This document shows positions 1-9,765 of a stretch of 64,000 nt of DNA, piece by piece. Where the stretch lies: the NCBI GenBank assembly GCA_040882645.1, contig JBBEAX010000085.1:55933-119932 (forward strand), in the 5' to 3' direction. Numbering within the stretch: the stretch's first letter is position 1; the number at the start of each line of letters is the position of its first letter. The DNA comes from Acidimicrobiia bacterium. Its GTDB lineage: Bacteria; Actinomycetota; Acidimicrobiia; Spongiisociales; UBA11373. The notes under the pieces were generated by a model that was given only the letters and a program-made list of their open reading frames with translations, searched no databases and was not told the origin of the DNA. Made by a program: the position numbers and the translations under genes.

Positions 1-429
1 CTCGTCCGCCACCGCGAGGAAGATCAGGTCGCCGGGCAGCGGCGGCCTCTTGCCACTCAAGTATTGCCCAAACACCGCGGCCATGGCGGTCGTCTGATTG
101 AGCATGTCGACCGCCCCCCTGCCCCAAACGAACCCGTCGCGGCGCTCGCCACCGAAAGGGTCGACACTCCATCCCTCCGCCGATACCGGTACGACGTCGG
201 TGTGACCCATGAGCATCAAAGACGGCGCCCCAGGATCGGTCCCCGGCACTCGCCAGGTCGCGCTCATCCGCCCCGGATGCGGTTCAAAGGTCCAATCTGC
301 GGTGCCCAAGTGAGCCTCGAGGGTGGCGACGGAGCGCGCCTCGCCCCCGGAGTCCGGGGTGCCGTCGTTGACGCAGCCATTCCGTATCAGTGCCACGAGC
401 AACTCGACCAGCTCGCCCCTGGAAATCAT
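1..429 (-). CDS. M20 family metallopeptidase (ArgE/DapE/dipeptidase-like), N-terminal 143 codons only; gene continues past the left edge
   Basis: Own minus-strand translation (edge-open, so absent from the ORF track): MISRGELVELLVALIRNGCVNDG...SLMLMGHTDVVPVSAEGWSVDPFGGE..GFVWGRGAVDMLNQ...GDLIFLAVADE. HTDVVP, GRGAxDM and AVADE(E) blocks match M20 metal-ligand motifs. Confidence 0.6.
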   Translation of the reverse strand, partial: MISRGELVELLVALIRNGCVNDGTPDSGGEARSVATLEAHLGTADWTFEPHPGRMSATWRVPGTDPGAPSLMLMGHTDVVPVSAEGWSVDPFGGERRDGFVWGRGAVDMLNQTTAMAAVFGQYLSGKRPPLPGDLIFLAVADE

Positions 430-481
430 CTGCGGTCGTCCCCACGCAGTGTCAGGGCGCGATGCAGAAATGTGGCTCCGG

Positions 482-955
482 TCATCCGTCGCTCCGATGC
501 ATCACGATCGATCGGGCCTTGAAGCCGTTCGACTCGAAGAAGTTCTTCGACGCTCGGTGCCCTGGCGAGACATGAGCGTCGAAGTCATGGATTCCTCGCC
601 CTTCTGCATCCTGCAGGAACCGGGCGATCATCGCCTCCCCGACCCCAACGCCCCTGGCTCCGGCGAGGGTGAAGATGAGGCGCACCGCGGCGACGCGGCG
701 GCCACCGGCCTGCGGCAAGAGCGCTTCGTCGCGCGCCATCAAGAAGCCGACTGGAAACTTGTCGATTTCGCCGAGATACAGGTGGACCGTTGGGTCGCCG
801 AGCAGTGATTCAAAGGAGTCGATCACCGGGTGAGGCAGCCCGTCCGCTGACGACCAGATCGGCTTGATCGCATCCATCTCGGCCGCGAGGTCGAAGTAGA
901 GACTCTCCAATATGGACAGGTCGTCCCGGGTGGCAGGTCTGGAAGTGGGTCCCAC
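482..955 (-). CDS. GNAT family N-acetyltransferase
   Basis: 157-aa ORF. Has the acetyl-CoA binding block RLIFTLAGARGVGVGEAMI (R/Q-x-x-G-x-G/A) and a C-terminal NxxAxxFFESNGF block typical of GNAT. Confidence 0.7.
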   Translation of the reverse strand: MGPTSRPATRDDLSILESLYFDLAAEMDAIKPIWSSADGLPHPVIDSFESLLGDPTVHLYLGEIDKFPVGFLMARDEALLPQAGGRRVAAVRLIFTLAGARGVGVGEAMIARFLQDAEGRGIHDFDAHVSPGHRASKNFFESNGFKARSIVMHRSDG

Positions 956-1006
956 GGTAGTCAGGCTAAGCGGGTGGCAGATGTCGATGTGTCCTGAAGC
1001 CGGCCC

Positions 1007-1450
1007 CTACGCGCAATCGCGGCAAAGCTGCTTGCGCTTGTCGGCCAGTTGGCTGGAACGCTTCACCAGGAAGCACGAGCGGCAGACGAACTCTCCCAAC
1101 CCCGCGGTCTCCGCGGGTGTGTCGAGCTCAATGGCTTCGCGGCGCAGCTTCCGCAGCTCCTCGGCTTCATCGACCGGGAGGCTCTCGGCCTCCTCATCCT
1201 CGGTGAGCATTTCGAGCTCTTCGGCTTCGAGCTCGTCGAGGGCCTCGCTCTCTTCGTCGTCCTCGTCGTCTTCAGCCTCGTCGTCATCTTCGTCTTCATC
1301 GTCATCGGCGACGACGGCAGTGAGATCGACTTCGAGGTCGGCCTCGACTTCGTCGAGATCGACCTCTTCGATTTCCTCTTCCGCGTCGTCGTCGTCTTCC
1401 GCCCAATCCTGTTCAGGTTCGGCGAGATCTTTGTCGTCGGGGGGCGCCAT
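1007..1450 (-). CDS. DUF4193-like acidic protein with C-terminal Cys-pair motif
   Basis: 147-aa ORF with an extremely D/E-rich N-terminal two-thirds, then FVCRSCFLVKRSSQLADKRKQLCRDCA. This architecture is typical of actinobacterial DUF4193 proteins. Confidence 0.6.
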   Translation of the reverse strand: MAPPDDKDLAEPEQDWAEDDDDAEEEIEEVDLDEVEADLEVDLTAVVADDDEDEDDDEAEDDEDDEESEALDELEAEELEMLTEDEEAESLPVDEAEELRKLRREAIELDTPAETAGLGEFVCRSCFLVKRSSQLADKRKQLCRDCA

Positions 1451-1521
1451 CGAGCCTCCAGGTGGTGCAATGAAGCGGGCGGAGTATATCGCCGGTCACC
1501 GTGACCCTTCCGCCGGGCGAG

Positions 1522-2337
1522 CTAGATCGCAAGCCGAACCGCGGCCGAAAGGCAGGTCACTCGAAACGCGCCGTGACCGACCCGTATTCCATCGACCACG
1601 ATCGGCCACGCCAAGGGGGCGGCGACTTCAGCTGCGGCGAGGGAGCGTCGTCGCACGTGGTGCGAGCGAACATGCATCCCATTCCGCATCGAGTGGCGCA
1701 AACGGGATAGCGCGATGCGATGTCCGTTGAAGAGCTGGATGTCGAGGACTCCATCCACCAAGGTCGACCGGGGCGCCACTGCCCACGAATACCAGAATTG
1801 CCCATTCAGCACCAGGATCCCCGAGGCAACCGATTCGGTCACGGACCCGGCCACGGTGACCGACACGCCGGTCGAGGGCAGCAGCGGAGAAGGCCACCAG
1901 GGGAACCACCGGGGACCCTTCGCCACGATTCCGGCGGCCACCGAGTTGACGAAGACCATCTCTCCGAAGTCCCCCTCGATGTGGCCGACGTCGATCGGGT
2001 AGGGGGTGTGATCCACCATGCGCTCGATCGCCCCGGGCAGCGTCTGGTCTGCAGCGAAAGTCTTCAGCAGGTCCGAGCGGGCGCCAGTCGTGATCAATGC
2101 CAGATCGGTCTGCTGCCCGAGGCGGCGAGCACCCACTTCGGCGACTGCATCGGCCAACTCCGGATCGGCTCCCTCGATCGCGATGCGGCGAAACCCGGCA
2201 TCGAGGGATCCTCCCACCGACTCCGCCAGTCCGTCGGGATCGACGACCGATATCCGGTGGGCCACTTGAGCCTCCCGCAGTCCGGCTTCGACGGTGGTGG
2301 CGGTCGAGTCCTCGACGGCGAATATCTGCCAGCTCAC
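1522..2337 (-). CDS. YegS/diacylglycerol-kinase-like lipid kinase family protein (N-terminal GGDG motif degenerate)
   Basis: The track ORF 1522..2529 overlaps helY, so I start it at GTG 2337, which overlaps the helY TGA (GTGA). The C-terminal half (PIDVGHIEGDFGEMVFVNSVAAG...) resembles the DAGK_cat/YegS family. Confidence 0.45.
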   Translation of the reverse strand: MSWQIFAVEDSTATTVEAGLREAQVAHRISVVDPDGLAESVGGSLDAGFRRIAIEGADPELADAVAEVGARRLGQQTDLALITTGARSDLLKTFAADQTLPGAIERMVDHTPYPIDVGHIEGDFGEMVFVNSVAAGIVAKGPRWFPWWPSPLLPSTGVSVTVAGSVTESVASGILVLNGQFWYSWAVAPRSTLVDGVLDIQLFNGHRIALSRLRHSMRNGMHVRSHHVRRRSLAAAEVAAPLAWPIVVDGIRVGHGAFRVTCLSAAVRLAI

Positions 2338-4829
2338 AGTGCCCCCTGCGCGGCCACGACTCCCCGATCGAGTCCGCGGAGTGCCTCCCGGATCCCGCCC
2401 GGAGGATCCTCCTCGACGTCTCCGATCTGGCGGATCAGGTCGATGAGTTGGCGGCAGTTGCGGACGAAGTCGCCTACCGGGGCATCCTCCTCCTCGAAGA
2501 GCTCTGCCAGGTTTTCGCCCGCCACCCACCGGTAGACGATCGAGGCGAATCCGGCATCCGGGGGGCGGGTCTCCTGGATTCCTGCCCGCCGCTCGGCGGC
2601 GGCGATCTCTGCCCAGATCTGCTCCACTCGCTCGGCCAGGGGGGCCACCTCAGGCGGCCACCCGACGACAGTGGGCTCGCGGCGGGCCTCATATGTGAAC
2701 GCAGAGGCGAGTGCCGCCAGCGACGGGCCATCGAGACCCACGAACAACCGCTCGGACAACGCTTCCGCCAGCACCAGGTCCATCTCGTTGTAGACCCGGC
2801 GGAGACGTTCTCCCTTTGGTGTCAGGCTCCATCCGCGTACGTAATGACGATTTTCGAGGAGACCGAGCAGGGATCGGAAATCCTTCACCAATCCGGGTCC
2901 GAGTGCAGCTGCCTGCCTGCGCCGCGCTTCGAGCCGGGCTTCGACCTGCCGTGCGGCACGGGCTGCTTCGACATGGCCGCTGATCGCCGGATCGTCGCCT
3001 TCAGGAGGGTCGAGCACCAGGACCCGCTCCGTGGGCTGGAACCGCTCGATGGCGGCCGCCACTTCTCTCCGATACACCGGGTCGCGAGGCCGAAACGGCC
3101 GGGGAAGCTCGATGCGTCCGACGCGGGCGACGCTCAGCGGGAGACGATCCGAGGCGACCCGGCGGATCTGACCCGAGTCCGAGACGGTGAGGAGTCGGGG
3201 ACGCTTGCCGGTACCCCGGGAGACGACGGCGTGCCGAACAGTCGAGCCGCGTTCGTCCCATTCGAGGATGTCACCGGGACTCGTCAACGCGGCAAACTCG
3301 GTCAGTTGGCGGTCGCGGTTGGGCGGGCCGGCGTCGGCGATGGCCCACACATCGACGTCGGCATGGTTGGCGGTGGTACGTAGCTCGGCCAGCCGCGCCT
3401 CGTCCTCGGCAATCGCGTTGTCCATTTCCGCGCGACGTCGCCCTTCCCGGAACTGGGCGAACGAAGACGCAAGCAACTGCTCGGCGGTCGTCCGGTCGTA
3501 CCGGGCGACGAGGTTGACCGTCATGTTGTATGTAGGCCGGAATGACGATCGGAGGGGGTGGCTCCCCCGGGCGGCGATGCCGGCGGCACGCTCGAAGGGC
3601 ACGTACGGCGAGTGAAGGATCACCGCGGTGCCTTCCTCGTCGATTCCGCGCCTGCCCGCCCTACCGGTGAGCTGTGTGTAGTCCCCCGCCTGCAGCAGTT
3701 CGTGTGTCTCGCCATTGAACTTGGAGAGGCTCTCGAGCACCACCGTACGCGCCGGCATGTTGATCCCGAGCGCCAGCGTCTCGGTGGCGAACACCAGGCG
3801 AACCAGGCCCTCGGCGAAGAGGCGCTCGACGGTCTCCTTCATGGCCGGAACGAGTCCCGCATGGTGCGAGGCAACCCCCGACTCGAGGGCGTGCAGCCAC
3901 CGTTGGTATCCCAGAACCGCGAGGTCCTCGGGTCGCAGGTGCTTGGTATTGGCTTCCGCCACCGCCCTGATCTGCGTCGCCTCATCCGGTGTGGTCAACC
4001 GCAGGCCGCGAGCGACCACACCGGATGCCGCACTGTCGCAGCCCGCCCGGGAGAAGATGAAGAAGATCGCGGGCAACAAGTGCTGGCGACGGAGCAGTTC
4101 GCACGTCTCGTGCCGCCGCGGCGAGGCATAGCGGCGCGAGGCGTTCGGTGCCCGCAGAGTCCGAGCAATGCGCTCGTTGGGTCGCGCTCCCTGGAACACC
4201 GGATACAGCCTGAGCCCACCCTTGTCCCAGCGGTCGCGAATCAGGTAGGTGGATTCCAGCGGGACGGGGCGCTCGGTCTCGAGGATCAGCTCGGTGTCGC
4301 CCCGCCGATCGCGAACCCATCCGGCGAACTCCTCGGCGTTGGCAACCGTGGCCGAAAGACATACCAGCGGAATACGCCGGTCGAGGTGAACGATGATCTC
4401 CTCCCACACCCCGCCCCGCGTCGGATCCTGCAGGTAGTGGACCTCATCGAGGATCACCACCCCCACGTCGTCCAGGTCGACGCTTCCCTCGTACATCATG
4501 TTGCGGAGAACCTCGGTCGTCATCACCACGATGGACGCGGTGCCGTTGATCGAGTTGTCGCCGGTGAGCAGGCCGACGGCGTCGTCGCCGTGCGATCGTC
4601 GGAAGTCGCCGAACTTCTGGTTGGACAACGCTTTGAGCGGGGTCGTGTACACCGCCCGCTCTCGCCTGCCCAGCGCCAGAGCGATGGCGGCCTCGGCCAC
4701 CACGGTTTTGCCCGCGCCCGTTGGCGCCGTCACCACCACGGACGCACCCCGGTCGATCGCGGCGGCAGCGTCTCGTTGGAACCGATCCGCCGGGAAGGGA
4801 AGGGAGTCGAGATACTCGCGGGCAGTCAT
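2334..4829 (-). CDS. helY: Ski2-like DEAD/DEAH-box helicase HelY
   Basis: 831 aa. Has Walker A APTGAGKT, DEVH box, SAT, and helicase C motifs (LATETLALGINMPARTVV, QLTGRAGRRG). It sits directly downstream of tatC, as in mycobacteria. Confidence 0.85.
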   Translation of the reverse strand: MTAREYLDSLPFPADRFQRDAAAAIDRGASVVVTAPTGAGKTVVAEAAIALALGRRERAVYTTPLKALSNQKFGDFRRSHGDDAVGLLTGDNSINGTASIVVMTTEVLRNMMYEGSVDLDDVGVVILDEVHYLQDPTRGGVWEEIIVHLDRRIPLVCLSATVANAEEFAGWVRDRRGDTELILETERPVPLESTYLIRDRWDKGGLRLYPVFQGARPNERIARTLRAPNASRRYASPRRHETCELLRRQHLLPAIFFIFSRAGCDSAASGVVARGLRLTTPDEATQIRAVAEANTKHLRPEDLAVLGYQRWLHALESGVASHHAGLVPAMKETVERLFAEGLVRLVFATETLALGINMPARTVVLESLSKFNGETHELLQAGDYTQLTGRAGRRGIDEEGTAVILHSPYVPFERAAGIAARGSHPLRSSFRPTYNMTVNLVARYDRTTAEQLLASSFAQFREGRRRAEMDNAIAEDEARLAELRTTANHADVDVWAIADAGPPNRDRQLTEFAALTSPGDILEWDERGSTVRHAVVSRGTGKRPRLLTVSDSGQIRRVASDRLPLSVARVGRIELPRPFRPRDPVYRREVAAAIERFQPTERVLVLDPPEGDDPAISGHVEAARAARQVEARLEARRRQAAALGPGLVKDFRSLLGLLENRHYVRGWSLTPKGERLRRVYNEMDLVLAEALSERLFVGLDGPSLAALASAFTYEARREPTVVGWPPEVAPLAERVEQIWAEIAAAERRAGIQETRPPDAGFASIVYRWVAGENLAELFEEEDAPVGDFVRNCRQLIDLIRQIGDVEEDPPGGIREALRGLDRGVVAAQGAL

Positions 4830-5542
4830 CGGCGGATCGTGAACCGGACGATCCAGATGGTCGCCTCATAGAGCAGGTAGAGGGGCACCGAGAGGAGCAG
4901 CAGGGTGAGGGGGTCGCCGCTCGGGGTGATCGCTGCCCCGACGATGACGATGAGCAACACAGCCCAGCGGCGTCCCGCCGCCAGCTTTCGCCACCCGAGC
5001 ACGCCGATCGCCGCCGCGGAGTACAGGAAGACGGGAAACTCGAACGACAGCGCAAAGACCAACAGGAACCGCATGGCGAAAGAGAGGTAGTCGTTGCCGC
5101 CGATCACCGGCGTCAGGTCGTCACCGCCGAATTCGATGAGGAATGCGAGCCCGCGTCCGAGCGAGACGTATCCGACGAACAGTCCGGCCAAGAACAGCAG
5201 AACCAGCGCCGAAACGATCGGGACCACGACCCGCTTCTCGCGCCGGGTGAGGGCGGGGGCGATGAATGCCCAGGTCTGCCAGATCACGATCGGGCTGGCG
5301 AGTACGAATCCGCCGAACATCGAGAGGCGCATGAACAGACTGAAGGCCTCTGTCGGCCGAAAGAACACGAGATCGGCGTCCCCAACCACATCCTCGTAGG
5401 GGGCGACGATCAGGTCGAAGATCCAGTAACGGAAGATGAAGGCGACAATCGCGCCAGCCACCACCGCCAGCGCGGTCTTGATGAGCCGGTTGCGCAGCTC
5501 CTCCAGATGGCTCATCAGCGGCTGGCCGGGATGATCGGTCAT
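4826..5542 (-). CDS. tatC: twin-arginine translocase subunit TatC
   Basis: 238-aa polytopic membrane ORF (MSHLEELRNRLIK... start typical of TatC). It shares 4-nt overlaps with tatA upstream and helY downstream. Confidence 0.9.
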   Translation of the reverse strand: MTDHPGQPLMSHLEELRNRLIKTALAVVAGAIVAFIFRYWIFDLIVAPYEDVVGDADLVFFRPTEAFSLFMRLSMFGGFVLASPIVIWQTWAFIAPALTRREKRVVVPIVSALVLLFLAGLFVGYVSLGRGLAFLIEFGGDDLTPVIGGNDYLSFAMRFLLVFALSFEFPVFLYSAAAIGVLGWRKLAAGRRWAVLLIVIVGAAITPSGDPLTLLLLSVPLYLLYEATIWIVRFTIRR

Positions 5543-5796
5543 TCGTTGGGACCGTTGGCGGCGGGTGGACGATCCCCCTCAGTGGTCGGCCCCATCGCCC
5601 GCCTCACCTCGCCAAGCGACTCGACGGTGTCCTCGTACTCGCGCTCAAAACCTTGGCGCAGATCGCTGGCGGTGGCACGGATATCGCGCAACACGCTCCC
5701 CGCCTTGCGGGAGATTTCGGGCAGCCTCTTGGGCCCGAAGACGATGAGGGCCACGGCGACGATCGTGATGATCTCGGCGGGACTGACGCTGAACAC
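5539..5796 (-). CDS. tatA: twin-arginine translocase subunit TatA/E
   Basis: 85 aa. N-terminal TM helix plus hinge: AEIITIVAVALIVFGPKRLPEISRKAGSVLRD (FGPxxLP motif). Confidence 0.9.
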   Translation of the reverse strand: MFSVSPAEIITIVAVALIVFGPKRLPEISRKAGSVLRDIRATASDLRQGFEREYEDTVESLGEVRRAMGPTTEGDRPPAANGPNE

Positions 5797-5854
5797 AGCG
5801 CGATGGTAGGGGGGGCCCGGGCGTGGCTACCCGGTCGGTTGCGGAGAGGCCGCC

Positions 5855-6142
5855 CTAATTGAGCTGGTCCACCCACTCGCCGGAGTCGAGCGCGTCGATG
5901 AAGCGCCTGATCTCGGACTCGGTGATGGTTCCGCCGTCGTCGACCACTTCGTAGGCGACACCGGTCGCAAGCAGGATGCTCACCACCCGGTGGTTGGCGG
6001 GCCGTCGCTGGGTGTCACCGCACGTTGGGCACGAGAAGAGGTACATGCCCGTGCCGTTGATGGCGGTGAGTTCGAGGGTGAGTTCTGCGGGGATCAACTC
6101 GACGTCGCCGCAAACGGCGCATGTGGTTCGGATCTGGGTCAT
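5855..6142 (-). CDS. small CxxC...CxxC zinc-ribbon-like hypothetical protein
   Basis: I chose ATG 6142 (MTQIRTTCAVCGD...), preceded by GGGAG about 7 nt upstream. Two Cys pairs are present (CAVCG, CPTCG). Lies between pafC and tatA. Confidence 0.5.
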   Translation of the reverse strand: MTQIRTTCAVCGDVELIPAELTLELTAINGTGMYLFSCPTCGDTQRRPANHRVVSILLATGVAYEVVDDGGTITESEIRRFIDALDSGEWVDQLN

Positions 6143-6225
6143 CGAGGTGCTCCCGTGAGGTTCAACATCATCGAGCAAAGTATCGGAGCACCCCTTAGGG
6201 GCCTAAATGACCATTTGGGGCCTAG

Positions 6226-7152
6226 TCACCGATAGCGTCGAAGGATGCGGGTGCGCAGCGTCTCGGTAGCCGCGGCGACCTCGGCGCCCGCCAGCAGAGA
6301 CGCGGCTTCGCCGAGGCGAAGAAGGAGCCGCGCCGGTACCAATGGGTCGCGGGCCGACAGGTCGACGGTGATGCCTTCCTCGTCGGATGCGATTGTCGAA
6401 ACCGGGTAATACTCGGCCACCCAGGCCGCGTCAGGCCTCAGTCGGATGCGCGCGGTGACATCGTCCACTCCCGGGGTGTACTGGATTCGGGCGGCGGTTG
6501 CCGACTCCTGAGGCGTGAAGCGCTCACCGGTGAGGGCGGCATCCCTTATCCGGTCGACGCGAAACACCCGTTCGGCGGCGGCCAGTCGGCAGTACCCGGT
6601 CACATACCAGTTGCCGAGCGTCGCCAGCACCCCCCAGGGCTCAATGGAGCGCTCGGTGGTTTCGCCCGAGCCTATTGCGGTGTACGTGATGGCCACCACC
6701 TCCCCTTCTCGGGCAGCACGCCGGAACAGTGCGAGGGTGTCCGGCTCGGCAGCGAGGTCGATGGCGACGGTTCCTTCGTCGGGCAGCACCACCTGCTGGA
6801 GTTTGGCGACTGCGGTCGCCAACGCAGGGGGCGCCACGCCGGAGGACATCACCGCCAGTCCGGCAGCAAGGAGCATCAAGGCCTCGGCCGCGGTCAGCCG
6901 GACTGGTCGGGAGAAGTAGTCGGCCATGTCGACCACCACCTCGTCCTCGTCAACGAAAGCATCCATGAGATCGCCGGGGCCGTAGCCCGGCAGACCGCAG
7001 ACGAACACGACATTGAGATCCTTCACCAGATCGGCCTGTTCATATCCGAACCGTTGGCAAACTTCCTCCACGGTGTTTCCGGGGTTGGCGATCACCCACG
7101 GCAGCATCGACAGAATGCGAGAGAGGCGCTCGGCGGTACGGGGGCTCGTCAC
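6226..7152 (-). CDS. pafC: WYL-domain transcriptional regulator PafC
   Basis: I trimmed the track ORF 6226..7338 to GTG 7152, which overlaps the pafB TGA (GTGA). Starts with an N-terminal HTH (RLSRILSMLPWV). A central WYL-like block (GNWYVTGYCRL) follows. Third gene after pafA. Confidence 0.7.
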   Translation of the reverse strand: MTSPRTAERLSRILSMLPWVIANPGNTVEEVCQRFGYEQADLVKDLNVVFVCGLPGYGPGDLMDAFVDEDEVVVDMADYFSRPVRLTAAEALMLLAAGLAVMSSGVAPPALATAVAKLQQVVLPDEGTVAIDLAAEPDTLALFRRAAREGEVVAITYTAIGSGETTERSIEPWGVLATLGNWYVTGYCRLAAAERVFRVDRIRDAALTGERFTPQESATAARIQYTPGVDDVTARIRLRPDAAWVAEYYPVSTIASDEEGITVDLSARDPLVPARLLLRLGEAASLLAGAEVAAATETLRTRILRRYR

Positions 7153-8066
7153 GAGACCCCCAAGTGCTCGATGAAGCGCTGCCGAAGTTCGGCAGGGGCG
7201 ATGATCTCTGCGGCGTCCTCGAAGCCGATGATCCACCCGATGAACGCCGCCGGCGACGCCACCGGGAACACCGCCTCGAGCGATCCGTCGGAAGAGACGG
7301 TCACCCGTGCCGACGTCGACAGCTGACGCCGTGCCCACCAGGCGATCCCGGCGTCGAAGCGGACGGTGACCTCCACATCCTCTTCTCCGGCCTCCCAGGG
7401 AGCCTCCGGGAAGTCGTCCGATGCCCGAAAGCCCTTGGGGCGCTCAAAGGCCATCGCCTTGGTGCCGGCCGTGATCCCTGCCATCCGGTCCACCCGGAAT
7501 GTCCGTCGCTGCTTCGACGACTCCCCCACCGCATACCAGTGACCCATGCGGTGGACCAGACCCCAGGGCCGCAAAGTGCGTTGCTTGTCGCGGTAGTCGA
7601 ACTTCAACACCCGCCGCTCGGTCACGGCCATGAATATCTCGCCCAGCGCGTCGGCCTCGGCACCGAGATCAGCCGACAGCGGGTCGCCGGTCGATGCCAT
7701 CGGCGCGCCGCCCAGCTTGAAGATCGCCGCGGGGCCTGGCGCCTGCCCTCCGAGGCGAACCATCCTGGTGGCGAGCCAGAGGGCGGTGCGCTCCTCGTCG
7801 GTCAGGCCGGGATCCGGCAGTGAGTACTCATCTGGCGAGACGACGTAACCCTGCTCGATCTCCCACGCATCCGTGTGCTCCAGGGACAACGGCACCCCGA
7901 GCTGTCGAAGCAGGTCCTTGTCACGCTCGAAGGTGCGCCTGAAGGCCTCGTCGGTGGGCTGGTCGTAGCCCGCCACGGTGTTGCGGATCTCATCGGCGGT
8001 GACCGGCCGACCGACGGTCAGGAGGAACGCCAGGAGGTTGAGGATCCGTTCGACGACGCGCTGCAT
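7149..8066 (-). CDS. pafB: WYL-domain transcriptional regulator PafB
   Basis: 305 aa. N-terminal HTH (RILNLLAFLL) and a WYL-like block (GHWYAVGES). Second gene after pafA. Confidence 0.7.
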   Translation of the reverse strand: MQRVVERILNLLAFLLTVGRPVTADEIRNTVAGYDQPTDEAFRRTFERDKDLLRQLGVPLSLEHTDAWEIEQGYVVSPDEYSLPDPGLTDEERTALWLATRMVRLGGQAPGPAAIFKLGGAPMASTGDPLSADLGAEADALGEIFMAVTERRVLKFDYRDKQRTLRPWGLVHRMGHWYAVGESSKQRRTFRVDRMAGITAGTKAMAFERPKGFRASDDFPEAPWEAGEEDVEVTVRFDAGIAWWARRQLSTSARVTVSSDGSLEAVFPVASPAAFIGWIIGFEDAAEIIAPAELRQRFIEHLGVS

Positions 8067-8127
8067 GCGCGATGGACTGTATCGGGCGTCGGCACTCAGG
8101 TGGGGGTTCGGCGGGGTCGGCCAATTG

Positions 8128-8323
8128 GGTGCGAAAGGCGAAAAGCGAAAGGCGAAACCCGGTCAGAGGCCTTCCGACGAAGTTGACGGCGCGCCAAGGG
8201 CGAAACCCGAACCAGAGACGTTCCCGCGAGGTTTCGCCCTTCGCTTTTCGCCCATCGCCAGCCGGCCGCAGGCCGGCCTTCGCCTTTCGCCCTTCGCCTC
8301 TCTCGTTTCGGCCGTCGCCTTTA
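8128..8323. repeat. cluster of GCGAAAG/CTTTCGC units forming long imperfect inverted repeats in the pafA-pafB spacer
   Basis: 8131-8159 (gcgaaaggcgaaaagcgaaaggcgaaacc) matches the reverse complement of 8230-8258 at 26 of 29 positions. 8198-8207 (gggcgaaacc) is a second perfect partner for 8230-8239. There is a perfect 7-bp stem at 8261-8277 (gccggcc gca ggccggc). More CTTTCGCC units follow at 8279-8323. Confidence 0.75.
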
Positions 8324-8325
8324 GT

Positions 8326-9681
8326 TCAAAGGCTTGCTATCAGTTTGTCGACGCGTTCGTCGACGGCGCGGAAGGGGTCCTTGCAGAGCACGGTGCGCTG
8401 CGCCTGGTCGTTCAACTTCAGGTGCACCCAGTCGACCGTGAAGTCACGATTGCGGGCCTTTGCTGCCTTGATGAAGTCACCTCGTAGCCGGGCGCGGGTG
8501 GTCTGTGGAGGGTGGAGGAGTGCCCGGTCGATGTCCTCATCCGTGACGATCCGCTCCACCAGCCCGCGGCGTTCGAGCAGGTAGTACAGGCCTCGCTCTC
8601 GGGTGACGTCGTGGTACGACAGATCGATGAGGGCGAGGCGGGGGTCGTTCATGGCGAGGCCCCGGCTGGCGCTGTAGTTCTCGATCAAGTGGTACTTGGC
8701 AACCCAGTCGCATTCGCGCTGGAGGCTGAGTGGATCCTTCTCGAGCCCAGTGAGGAGGTGCTCCCACATCTGCACGGCCGACTGCACCTGCGGAGGAAAG
8801 CCGGTGGTGCGGGCGTAGCGAATGACCCTTTCGAGATATTCCCATTGCATGTCGAGCGCCGACAGCTCCCGACCGTTCGCCAGCCGAACCTTCCGGCGAC
8901 AGGTGATGTCGTGGCTGATCTCGCGGATCGCCCGGATGGGGTTCTCGAGAGTCAGGTCGCGGAAGAGGACGTCGTCTTCGAGCATCTGCAGGATGGCGAC
9001 GGTTGATCCCACCTTCACATATGAGATGTACTCAGACATGTTCGAGTCACCTGCGATCACGTGGAGTCGCCGGTACTTCTCGGCGTCCGCATGCGGTTCA
9101 TCCCGGGTGTTGATGATCGGCCGGCTACGCGTAGTCGCGGAGGAGACCCCCTCCCAGATGTGCTCGGCGCGCTGAGCCAGGGAGAAGACGGTGCCCCGGG
9201 CCGTCTGTAGCAGCTTGCCCGCTCCGCTGAACACCTGGCGCGTGACGAAGAAGGGGATCAGTGTGTCGATCATCCGCTGGAAATCGGCCTGGCGGCTCAC
9301 CAGGTAGTTCTCGTGGCACCCGTAGGAGTTCCCGGCCGAGTCGGTGTTGTTCTTGAAGAGAAACACCTGCCCGCGAATGCCCTCTTCTTCCAGCCGCTGC
9401 TCGGCCGAGTGGAGCAGCCCTTCGAGAACGCGCTCCCCCGCCTTGTCATGGGCCACGAGGTCGTACAGCGAGTCACACTCCGGCGTGGCGTACTCGGGGT
9501 GGCTGCCGACATCGAGATAAAGGCGCGCCCCGTTCTCGAGAAACACGTTCGACGAACGGCCCCAGGAGACGACGCGCCGGAACAGGTAACGGGCGACTTC
9601 GTCGGGCGACAGACGGCGTTGCCCCCGCAGCGTGCAGGTGACGCCGTACTCGTTCTCCATGCCGAAGATGCGTCGTTCCAT
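8326..9681 (-). CDS. pafA: Pup--protein ligase PafA
   Basis: 451 aa. Has the N-terminus [16 protein letters not shown] characteristic of PafA/Dop carboxylate-amine ligases. It lacks the Dop-specific insertion, and pafB/pafC follow it. Confidence 0.9.
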   Translation of the reverse strand: MERRIFGMENEYGVTCTLRGQRRLSPDEVARYLFRRVVSWGRSSNVFLENGARLYLDVGSHPEYATPECDSLYDLVAHDKAGERVLEGLLHSAEQRLEEEGIRGQVFLFKNNTDSAGNSYGCHENYLVSRQADFQRMIDTLIPFFVTRQVFSGAGKLLQTARGTVFSLAQRAEHIWEGVSSATTRSRPIINTRDEPHADAEKYRRLHVIAGDSNMSEYISYVKVGSTVAILQMLEDDVLFRDLTLENPIRAIREISHDITCRRKVRLANGRELSALDMQWEYLERVIRYARTTGFPPQVQSAVQMWEHLLTGLEKDPLSLQRECDWVAKYHLIENYSASRGLAMNDPRLALIDLSYHDVTRERGLYYLLERRGLVERIVTDEDIDRALLHPPQTTRARLRGDFIKAAKARNRDFTVDWVHLKLNDQAQRTVLCKDPFRAVDERVDKLIASL

Positions 9682-9765
9682 CCGGAGGCGAGCGTACCGG
9701 TGCCGGATCGGTTGCGGACGGAGATCGAAGCCGACCCGGCCCGGCCGGAGCCCCAGCCTGACTAG

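Noticed and set aside
912-1730. 272-aa plus-strand ORF with a long poly-Ser tract
   Set aside because: It is the antisense reading of the D/E-rich DUF4193-like gene (GAC/GAG codons read as Ser/Leu on the other strand). Not an independent gene.
1522-2529. N-terminal extensions of several track ORFs (1522..2529, 6226..7338, 13302..15248, 17221..18057, 17781..18491, 39990..41048, 60457..61656, 61512..62732, 50867..52150, 52257..53711)
   Set aside because: The extensions overlap the upstream gene, are Arg/Pro/Gly-rich, and are followed by an internal start. That internal start has a Shine-Dalgarno or a 4-nt stop/start overlap, and family-typical sequence begins there. I trimmed the starts accordingly.
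8128-8323. Possibility that the GCGAAAG repeat cluster is a CRISPR array or that ORF 8072..8584 is real
   Set aside because: The units are ~7-13 nt, irregular, in both orientations and have no spacers, so this is not CRISPR. The 170-aa ORF is a low-complexity read-through of the repeats and of antisense pafA.
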